Shown one piece after another: positions 9,660-17,700 of a stretch of DNA of 64,000 bases. Position 1 is the first letter of the stretch. Every line of letters starts with the position of its first letter. The DNA is from Thalassobaculaceae bacterium (GTDB taxonomy: Bacteria > Pseudomonadota > Alphaproteobacteria > Thalassobaculales > Thalassobaculaceae). The notes under the pieces were generated by a model. It saw only the letters and a program-made list of their open reading frames with translations. It was not told the DNA's origin and searched no databases. The position numbers were made by a program, and so were the translations under genes. Location: positions 538,616 through 602,615 of the forward strand of contig OZ245843.1 in assembly GCA_965228875.1 (NCBI GenBank), in the 5' to 3' direction.

Positions 9660-9667
9660 TGACCAAT
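9660..9667 (-). promoter_or_regulatory. ATTGGTCA octamer (reverse strand) upstream of the TRAP transporter genes
   Basis: The plus strand reads TGACCAAT inside the AT-rich patch GATAGATTGACCAATTTTTC, 144-151 bp upstream of the SBP start codon. Confidence 0.3.
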
Positions 9668-9810
9668 TTTTCAAAGGAGCCATACTTCTAGAAAACCAGG
9701 AACCGGCGCGCGGACACGACCGAGAAAACGGCGGTATCGCACGCGGGCCCGCGTTACGACGCGAGCACGTAAGCCCGGCCATGAGCCGGGCAACCATAGG
9801 GAGGACCAAG

Positions 9811-10797
9811 ATGAGACTGATCAAGAAAATCGGGTCGGCCACGGCGGTGGCGGCTCTGGTTGCCGGCCTTGCCGGGTTTGCCCAGGCGGCCGAGTGGAAG
9901 GGCTGGAACATCCACAAGCCCGGCTACCCGAACACCGTTGCGATGGACAAGTTCGCGGATCTTCTGGCGGAGAAGAGCGACGGCCGCATTACCCTGAAGA
10001 TGTTCCACTCCGGCGTACTCGGCAGCCAGCCGGACGCGATCGAGCAGCTGCGCATCGGCGCGTTGGCGATCGGCAACTTCAACCTCGGCCCGATCGGTCC
10101 CGTGGCGCCGGAGGCGAACGTCGTGTCGCTGCCGTTTATCTTCAAGGACATGGGCCACATGCACCGGGCCATGGACGGGACGGCCGGCGATCAGATCAGC
10201 GCCGGCATGGCGAAGAAGGGAATGGTCGCGCTGGCCTGGTACGATTCCGGGGCGCGCTCCTTCTACAACTCCAAGAAGCCGATCGAGACGCCGGCCGACG
10301 TGACCGGCATGAAGGTCCGGGTCATGAACAACGACCTGTACTCCGGCATGATCGCCGCGCTTGGCGGCAACCCGTCGCCGATGGCCTTCTCCGAAGTCTA
10401 CCAGTCGCTGAAGACCGGCGTGGTCGACGGCGCCGAGAACAACTGGCCGTCCTACGAGTCCACCGGCCACTTCGAGGTCGCCGGCTACTACTCGCTGTCG
10501 CAGCATCTGATCATTCCGGAATGCGTCTGCATCAACGCCGACACGTGGAATGCCCTGTCCGACGCCGACAAGGAGATCGTCCGGTCGGCGGCCCGGGAGT
10601 CGGCCGAACTGCAACGTGAGCTCTGGGCCGAGCGCGCCAAGTCGAGCCGGGAGAAGGTCATGCAGGCCGGGGTGAAGTTCAACGACGTCGCCGACAAGGC
10701 GGCGTTCCAGAACGCCATGAAGCCGGTCTACGAGAAGTTCCTGGCCTCCAACCCTGACCTGAAGCCGTTGGTCGAAACTATCCAGGCCACGGAATAA
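9811..10797 (+). CDS. TRAP transporter substrate-binding protein (DctP family), probably for a hexuronate/aldarate
   Basis: ATG at 9811 follows GGGAGGA. The signal peptide is MRLIKKIGSATAVAALVAGLAGFAQA. DctP-family blocks are present (NHKPGYP-like, LGSQPDAIEQLRIGAL, VMNNDLY). Confidence 0.9.
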   Translation: MRLIKKIGSATAVAALVAGLAGFAQAAEWKGWNIHKPGYPNTVAMDKFADLLAEKSDGRITLKMFHSGVLGSQPDAIEQLRIGALAIGNFNLGPIGPVAPEANVVSLPFIFKDMGHMHRAMDGTAGDQISAGMAKKGMVALAWYDSGARSFYNSKKPIETPADVTGMKVRVMNNDLYSGMIAALGGNPSPMAFSEVYQSLKTGVVDGAENNWPSYESTGHFEVAGYYSLSQHLIIPECVCINADTWNALSDADKEIVRSAARESAELQRELWAERAKSSREKVMQAGVKFNDVADKAAFQNAMKPVYEKFLASNPDLKPLVETIQATE

Positions 10798-10813
10798 GGG
10801 TCTCCTCGACGGT

Positions 10814-10856
10814 CACCGGAGCGGTACGTCCCACACCCTCCGGTGGCCCTTTTTTC
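10814..10856 (+). terminator. Hairpin plus T-tract after the TRAP SBP gene (partial terminator or mRNA stabiliser)
   Basis: CACCGGAG (10814-10821) pairs with CTCCGGTG (10838-10845) and is followed by GCCCTTTTTT. Confidence 0.45.
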
Positions 10857-10904
10857 GCGGCGCGCCTCTGCGGAGCGCCCGCGCTGACAGGGTTGGACAC
10901 CGCG

Positions 10905-11477
10905 ATGACAGCATCGAACCCGCCGGGCCGGGTCGACCGGGCCGGGCCGCTGCGCCGGGCGCTCGACGTCTTCTACCGCGCTCTCGACCTGATCTGCCAC
11001 GGCAGCCTGCTGATCTGCGGGACGGCGATGGTCTTCCTGACCACGATCTTCGGCTGGCTGGTCTACGGCCGCTACGTCCTGAACGCCACGCCCACCTGGG
11101 TCGAGCAGGTCTCGCTGCTGCTGGTGGCGCTTATCGGTTTCCTCGGCGCCTCCACCGGCGTGCACGAGCGATCGCATCTTGGGGTGTCGTTCTTCCGCGA
11201 CATCGCCCCCCGGCCGGTCCGCCTGGCGATGGAGGTGGTCTCCTACGTCATCATGGCGGTCTTCGGCGCGGTCATGATGGTGCACAGCTACGCGCTGGTT
11301 CTCTTCAAGTGGGATACCGAGATCCCGCTGATCCATCTTCCCGAAGGCCTTCGCGCCGTCCCGCTGACGCTCTGCGGCGCGCTATGCCTGCTCTATTCGG
11401 TCGGCCACCTGATCCGGTTCTTCACCGGCGAGCGGTTGGACGACCAGATCCTGGAAACGCCTCCGGGCGATAGCTGA
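10905..11477 (+). CDS. TRAP transporter small permease (DctQ family)
   Basis: The protein is hydrophobic with four TM segments and sits between the DctP- and DctM-type genes. A TTG at 10893 is an alternative start. Confidence 0.85.
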   Translation: MTASNPPGRVDRAGPLRRALDVFYRALDLICHGSLLICGTAMVFLTTIFGWLVYGRYVLNATPTWVEQVSLLLVALIGFLGASTGVHERSHLGVSFFRDIAPRPVRLAMEVVSYVIMAVFGAVMMVHSYALVLFKWDTEIPLIHLPEGLRAVPLTLCGALCLLYSVGHLIRFFTGERLDDQILETPPGDS

Positions 11478-11490
11478 ACGGACCGCGATC

Positions 11491-12774
11491 ATGGGGCTGC
11501 TCATTCTGCTCGGGGTATTCGCCGTGTGCGTGGTGATCGGTGTGCCGGTCGCCTTCGCGCTGGGGGTCGCCGCGGTCACCGCCTTCTTCATCGAGGGGCT
11601 GCCGCTGGTTGTCGCCTTCCAGCGCATCATCTCCGGGATCAACGTCTTCTCGCTCATGGCGATCCCGTTCTTCATCTTCGCCGGAGAGCTGATGTTCCAC
11701 GGCGGCATCGCCATCCGGCTGGTGCGTTTCGCCTCGGCGGCGGTCGGCGCCGTGCGCGGCGGCCTGGGCGTGGTCAACGTGCTCTCCTCCATGCTGTTCG
11801 GCGGCATTTCCGGATCGGCCGTCGCCGACATCTCGGCCCTCGGCTCGATCCTGATTCCGGTGATGAAGGAGAAGGGCTACGACGACGACTACGCCGTGAA
11901 CGTGACGGTGACGTCCTCGATCGCCGGCATCATGGTGCCGCCGAGCCACAACATGATCCTCTACGCGATCGCCGCCGGCGGCGGCATCTCGATCTCGCAG
12001 CTGTTCCTCGCCGGCGTCGTCCCCGGGGTGCTGATGTGCGTCTGTCTTGCGGTCGCCGCCTACCTGATCGCCGTACGCCGCGGATACAAGGCCGAGGTGT
12101 TCCCCGGATTCTCCGCCCTGTTCCTGACCTTCGTCGCCGCGATCCCGGGCCTGTTCACCGCTGTCATCATCGTCGGTGGCGTGCTCTCCGGCATATTCAC
12201 GGTCACCGAGTCCGGCGCCTTCGGGACGCTCTACGCTTTCGCCGTCACCCTGGTCGTCTACCGGTCGATGAGCTGGAGCGCGTTCAAGACGGCGGTGATC
12301 AATTCGGTACGCACGACCTCGATGGTGCTGATCCTGGTCGCGTCGGCCACGGCCTTCGCCTACATGCTCACGTTCTATCAGGTGCCGTCTCGGATGATCG
12401 ACTTCATGGCCGGGGTGACCGACAACCCGATCGTGATGCTGCTGCTGATCAACCTGATGCTCCTGGTGCTGGGCATGATCATGGACATGGCGGCGCTGAT
12501 CCTGATCTGTACGCCGATTTTCCTGCCGGTGGTGATCTCCATCGGCATGGATCCGGTCCAGTTCGGGATGATCCTGATGATGAACCTGGGCCTCGGTCTG
12601 TGCACGCCGCCCGTCGGCGCCTGCCTGTTCCTCGGCTGCGCGGTAGGCAAGGTTCCGATCGAACGCGCGGTGCGCACGATCTGGCCGTTCTACGCGGCCA
12701 TTCTCGTGGCCCTGGTCCTGACGACGTTCATTCCGGAGATCTCGATGACCCTGCCGAAACTGCTCTCCGGCTAG
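11491..12774 (+). CDS. TRAP transporter large permease (DctM family)
   Basis: A 427-aa polytopic protein. The sequence MGLLILLGVFAVCVVIGVPVAFALGV...FAGELMFHGGIA...LFGGISGSAVAD is the DctM pattern. Confidence 0.92.
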   Translation: MGLLILLGVFAVCVVIGVPVAFALGVAAVTAFFIEGLPLVVAFQRIISGINVFSLMAIPFFIFAGELMFHGGIAIRLVRFASAAVGAVRGGLGVVNVLSSMLFGGISGSAVADISALGSILIPVMKEKGYDDDYAVNVTVTSSIAGIMVPPSHNMILYAIAAGGGISISQLFLAGVVPGVLMCVCLAVAAYLIAVRRGYKAEVFPGFSALFLTFVAAIPGLFTAVIIVGGVLSGIFTVTESGAFGTLYAFAVTLVVYRSMSWSAFKTAVINSVRTTSMVLILVASATAFAYMLTFYQVPSRMIDFMAGVTDNPIVMLLLINLMLLVLGMIMDMAALILICTPIFLPVVISIGMDPVQFGMILMMNLGLGLCTPPVGACLFLGCAVGKVPIERAVRTIWPFYAAILVALVLTTFIPEISMTLPKLLSG

Positions 12775-12778
12775 AGAC

Positions 12779-12884
12779 AACCACGATCGGATGGAAACAT
12801 CCGGTCGTTTGAAATTGCCCTTTCTTTAAGGGCTTAGAGGGCTGTTCATGGTTCAGATCAATTCGATCTGAACCGATCGCGATC
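12779..12884 (+). repeat. Intergenic structured repeat, copy A (64-nt core plus 42-nt second module)
   Basis: The core AACCACGATCGGATGGAAACATCCGGTCGTTTGAAATTGCCCTTTCTTTAAGGGCTTAGAGGGC matches the copies at 28959 and 55580. The second module contains the hairpin TTCAGATC-AATTC-GATCTGAA. Confidence 0.85.
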
Positions 12885-12893
12885 CGGGACAGC

Positions 12894-13799
12894 TCAGGCG
12901 GCCGCCGCCGGCGGGGCATAGCCCGCGACGCCGGCGGCGAAGGCGAAGATCCCGCCGGCCTGCGGCTGCTGAGCCTCGGTGCCCGGTGCGATCAGTCCGG
13001 CACCCATGCTGGTGAGGTACAGCGTGTCCAGACGGGGACCGCCGAAGGCGAGGCAGGTCGGCTTCTGCACGGGCACCGGCACGACCCGGTCGATCCGTCC
13101 GTCGGGAGCGATCCGCACGACCTGCCAACCGTCGACGCCGGCCATCCAGTAGCAGCCGTCGGCGTCGATGGCGGCACCGTCGGGCCGCCCGTCGACCTGG
13201 CGGGTGTCGAAGAAGACCCGTCGGTTGGCGATCGCCGCGGTTTCCCGATCGTAGTCGAAGGCCCAGATGGTCCGCACGGTCGGGTGGCTGTCGGACAGGT
13301 ACAGGGTGCGGCCGTCCGGCGCGAACGCCAGGCCGTTCTGGATGTACAGACCGTCGAGCGCGAGGGTGCAGTGCCGGTCGGCGTCGAGGTGAAACAGATC
13401 GCCCCGTGCCGGCGCGCCCGCAGCCGCATCGGCCGGGCCGGCCTTGGGCATGGTGCCCGCCCAGAATCGTCCGGCCGGATCGACCGCGCCGTCGTTGAAG
13501 CGCATGCCCGCGCCGCGCGGCGCGTCGGCATTCAGCACGTCGATGGCCCCGGTCGCCGGATCGACGGCGCACCAGCCGCTCTCAAGTCCGACGATGGCCC
13601 CGCCGGAGGCCCTTGGAGCGACGCAACCGATCGCCGAGGGCATCTGCCAGGTCTCATCGCCGCCGGTGGCCGGGTCGAAGCGATGCAGGGCAGGGGCGGC
13701 GATGTCGACCCACCAGAGCCGGCCCGCCGTGGCATCCCAGACGATGCCCTCGCCAAGCGTCGCCTTGGCGTCGAGAACGCAATCCACCTTGGGGGCCAT
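12894..13799 (-). CDS. SMP-30/gluconolactonase/LRE-family lactonase (likely uronolactone or aldarolactone lactonase)
   Basis: The sequence ATLGEGIVWDATAGRLWWVDIAAPALHRFDP...NDGAVDPAGRFWAGTM...NGLAFAPDGRTLYLSDS shows beta-propeller SGL repeats. Confidence 0.85.
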   Translation of the reverse strand: MAPKVDCVLDAKATLGEGIVWDATAGRLWWVDIAAPALHRFDPATGGDETWQMPSAIGCVAPRASGGAIVGLESGWCAVDPATGAIDVLNADAPRGAGMRFNDGAVDPAGRFWAGTMPKAGPADAAAGAPARGDLFHLDADRHCTLALDGLYIQNGLAFAPDGRTLYLSDSHPTVRTIWAFDYDRETAAIANRRVFFDTRQVDGRPDGAAIDADGCYWMAGVDGWQVVRIAPDGRIDRVVPVPVQKPTCLAFGGPRLDTLYLTSMGAGLIAPGTEAQQPQAGGIFAFAAGVAGYAPPAAAA

Positions 13800-13819
13800 A
13801 CTGCCGCTCCTGCTTCGGA

Positions 13820-14515
13820 TCAGAGTGAGTCGCGATAGCGGGCGATGCTGCCGCTCAGATGGGCGCGCATGGCGGCGCGCGCCCGGTCGGCGTCGCCGGC
13901 GCCGATCGCCTCGGCGATCGCCAGATGCTCCTGATGCACCCGCTCCAGATAGTCGTGGTTGATCAGCCGGTCACGCTGGTCCTGGGACAGCGTGCTGCGC
14001 GGAATGGCGGCGCGGCCGAGGGAGTCCAGAAAGGCCGGAAACAGGGCGTTGTTGGTTCCCAGGGCGATGGAGGCGTGGAAGGCGATGTCCAACTCGACGG
14101 TCTTGCCGCCGGTTTCCAGCGCCCGGCCGAAATCGGCGGTGCATTCGCGAATGCGGGCGTCCTGGGACAGGCTCCTGCGGGTGGCGGCCAGCCCGGCGGC
14201 CTCGACCTCCACCGCCATGCGCAGCTCGAGCAGGTCGAGGGCCTCATATTCCTGGTTCGGCAGAAAGGCCGGCATCCCGCGGGCTCGGCTGGCGGCGGGA
14301 TCGATCACGAAAATCCCGGCCCCCCGGCGCGGCTGGACGAGACCGTCCGCCTTCAACACGGCGACCGCCTCGCGGATGACCGTCCGGCTGACGCCGAACT
14401 CGGCCTCGAGTTCCTTCTCGGTCGGCAGCCGGTCACCCGGCTTCATAGGTCCTTCGGCGATCTTGGCGCGAAGAGCCTCGGTGGTCTGCTGTGTCAGGCT
14501 GCGGCTGCCGGTCAT
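13820..14515 (-). CDS. GntR-family (FadR subfamily, FCD domain) transcriptional regulator
   Basis: ATG at 14513-14515. The wHTH is GDRLPTEKELEAEFGVSRTVIREAVAVLKADGLV, followed by an all-helical FCD-like C-terminal domain. The gene ends 20 nt upstream of the lactonase gene. Confidence 0.88.
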   Translation of the reverse strand: MTGSRSLTQQTTEALRAKIAEGPMKPGDRLPTEKELEAEFGVSRTVIREAVAVLKADGLVQPRRGAGIFVIDPAASRARGMPAFLPNQEYEALDLLELRMAVEVEAAGLAATRRSLSQDARIRECTADFGRALETGGKTVELDIAFHASIALGTNNALFPAFLDSLGRAAIPRSTLSQDQRDRLINHDYLERVHQEHLAIAEAIGAGDADRARAAMRAHLSGSIARYRDSL

Positions 14516-14549
14516 GGGCGGCGTCTGAGGCTCCCGGAGTGCGATCAAC

Positions 14550-14583
14550 AAAGTCGGACTTATGAGTAATTATGTACGACTTT
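14550..14583. promoter_or_regulatory. Inverted repeat with GT-N3-AC cores upstream of the GntR gene (candidate autoregulatory operator)
   Basis: AAAGTCGGAC (14550-14559) faces GTACGACTTT (14574-14583) with one mismatch. The left arm contains the 11-bp palindrome AAGTC-G-GACTT. The repeat lies 35-68 bp upstream of the GntR start. Confidence 0.4.
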
Positions 14584-14767
14584 TCATCTGAAATCGTCAC
14601 ATGAATTCTCCGGCGGCCGATTGACCGCGCGGACGGTGGTCCTGGTCACCGGCGCGGCCTTAACCAATTTGTTACGAAGCGGACGGTAGAACTCCCGATG
14701 GTCGGCAGGGTGACAGGCATAGCGGCGCCTCTTGTCCGCGGGCACGGATAGTGACGGAGGCGCGGGC

Positions 14768-17700
14768 GTGCGCTTTTCATTGAGGACATTGGCGATCGGC
14801 CTCGCTGGCCTGCTCGTCCTGGCGGGGGCCATCGGCATCGGGGCGACGGCCTGGATGAACCACCGCGTCGTGGAGACGCAGGAGCGCTGGCACGCCTATC
14901 GCGACGCAAGTTCGCTCCGGGCGCGGTCTCTGGTCGAGATCACCGACCGGCTCGGATATGGCGGCGCGATCCATCATCTTCTCAACTTCGTCCTGCGCGG
15001 CGATGCGCGATATCACGACGATCTTATGCTCGACCTGAACGCGGTGCGCGCGGCTATCCATCGATACCAGGCGGTCGATTCCTCGCCGGCGGAACGGGTC
15101 GCTCTCGGCGAGATCGAGGACCTGGTGGAAACGCTGGTCGATCGTTCGGAACTCGCGCAGATCATGCGGGCCTACGGCGCGGCGCCGAAGGCGATCGGAC
15201 GGTCCATGTCGCTGTGGACGCCGGGCGCGCTTGAGGCGCTGGCGACCCTCGATGAAGCGGTCGCCGCCGGCCGGGCGTTGCGTACCGGACAGACGACGAA
15301 ACTGGAGACCCTGCGCGAGCTGCGTCGACATATCGGTTTTGGCGGTATGATCGACTTCTTCAAGAAGCTCGCCCTGCTGGGCGACACGGCGTTCGCTCCC
15401 CTGTCCAGACGAGGCGCGGAGCTTGGGCTCGAAACCATCTCTCGGTACCGGGGCATGGGCGTCAATGCGCTGGAACGCTTCGCGCTCTCCACGATCGAGT
15501 CAACCATCGAACAGTACGAAACGGCCACGGACGTGGCGCGCGCCATGGCCGAGGACGGGGCGTCGGCGCTCGAGATCGATGCCGCGGTCGTTGTCGACGA
15601 CGCGCCGGCACTCGCCGCCTTCGCGGTCCTAGAGCGCGAGATCGCGCGCGAGGCCGACCGGCTCATCCAGCAGATCGAGTCCGACCTCGCACGGGTTTCC
15701 CGGCTGGCAGACATGCTTGTCGTTCTGTTCTCGGTCGGAGCCGGGCTGTTGAGCCTGACCATCGCCGGGGTGTTGATCAATTCGGTACAGCGGCCGTTGT
15801 CGACGATTGCGGACGCGATGGTCCGCATTCCCGAGGGCGATCTTGCGCCGATCGGCGCGGTGGAGCGCCGGCTGCGCGAAGTGGCTGATCTGGCGGCGTC
15901 GCTGGACGTGTTTCGCCGGTATGCCTCCGAACTCGACAAGACCGCATCGATTCTTCAGCAGTTCCAGTCGCTGTCGACCGATGCGACGCTGTCGATCGAC
16001 GAGCGGGTCGAGCGCATCCTGCAACTCGGGATCAACCATTTCCGCACGGATCTCGGCAGCGCCAGCGCGACTCACAGTGGCCGCTACGTGGTTCAGCGTT
16101 CGGTGGGCAAGGGGGTGACCCGGTCGTCCGGGACCAGCTTCGACCTGGAGACGACCTACTGCGTCCATACCCTGGCGGCCGGTCACGCCCTGGCCTTCCA
16201 TGACATCACCGAAACGGAGTTCGCCGACGCGCTCTGCTTCCGCACCTTCGGGCGCAAGACGTACATCGGCGCTCCCGTCATCGTCGAAGGCGAGGTGTAC
16301 GGGACCATCAACTTCTCCTCGCTCGAGGCCCGCGACCTGCCGTTCACCAAGAGCGACATGGTTCTGGTCGAGATGATGGGACGGTGGCTCGGCATGGAGA
16401 TCGAGCGCCAGAAGGCGATGCAGCGCCTGGCCGATGCCAGGGACGCCGCCGAGGAAGGGACGCGGGCGAAGTCCGCCTTCCTTGCCAACATGAGCCACGA
16501 GATCCGCACGCCGCTGAACGGGATCATCGGCCTCAGCCGGCTCCTGGCGCAGACTCCGCTGTCCTACAAGCAGCGCGACTACACCCGCAAGGTGCTGTTC
16601 TCGTCGGAGAATCTGCTCGGGATCATCAACGATATCCTGGACTTCTCGAAAATCGAGGCCGGACAGCTTGCGATCGAGAGCACCGACTTCAGGCTGCTCG
16701 ACGTGATCGAGGGGGTCAGTGCGATCGTCGCCCCGCGGGCGGCGGAGAAGGATCTCGAGTTCCTGATCAGCGTCGATCCGAACACGCCGCAGGACCTGGT
16801 CGGCGACCCGCTGCGCCTCGGTCAGATCCTGACCAACCTGTGCACCAACGCCATCAAGTTCACCGAAGAGGGCGAGATCATCGTCTCGGTCCGGGCCGCC
16901 GATGTGTCCGACGGGCGGGCGGAACTGCATTTTTCCGTTCGCGACACGGGCGTCGGCATGACGCCGGAGCAGATCAGCCAGATCTTCCGGCCCTTCACCC
17001 AGGCGGATGTCTCGACGACGCGCAGGTTCGGCGGTACCGGCCTCGGCCTGACGATCTCCAAGGAGTTCGCCGAGCGCATGGACGGCCGGATCTGGGTCGA
17101 GTCGGAGCATGGCGTGGGGAGCACCTTCCAGTTCACGGTGCGGCTCGCCCTGAGCGCCGGCGGAGAGCAGCTGCCGCCGGTACTGCCGTCGGACCTGCGA
17201 GACCTCAGGATCCTGGTGGTCGACGACAACGAGATGGCCCGGCTGGTCATCGGCGACACGCTGCGGTCCATGGGTTTCGAGGTGGATGTCGCGTCCAGCG
17301 GTCAGGCCGCCATTCGGCGGGTCTGCGACGATGTCGGCAGCCTGAGCTACAACGTCGTGCTCATGGACTGGATGATGCCGGGCCTGGACGGCATCGAGAC
17401 AGCGCGGAAGATCCGCGAGAAGCTCGGCGACGGGCCGCATCCGGACACGATCCTGGTATCGGCCTACATGCCCGATGAAGGTCTGATGGAGCAGGCCGGA
17501 GCCGATCTCTCGGGCTATGTCGCCAAACCGGTGAACCAGTCGTCGCTGTTCGACGCCATCGCCTCGGCGATCGGCGCGCGCTCCGGGCTGAGCTACTCCC
17601 GGGCGACGGAACCGGCGCTGTCGGCGGAGATTGGCGGGCTGGTCGTGCTCTTGGCGGAGGATAACGAGATCAATCAGGAGGTCGCGGTCTCCGTTCTGGA

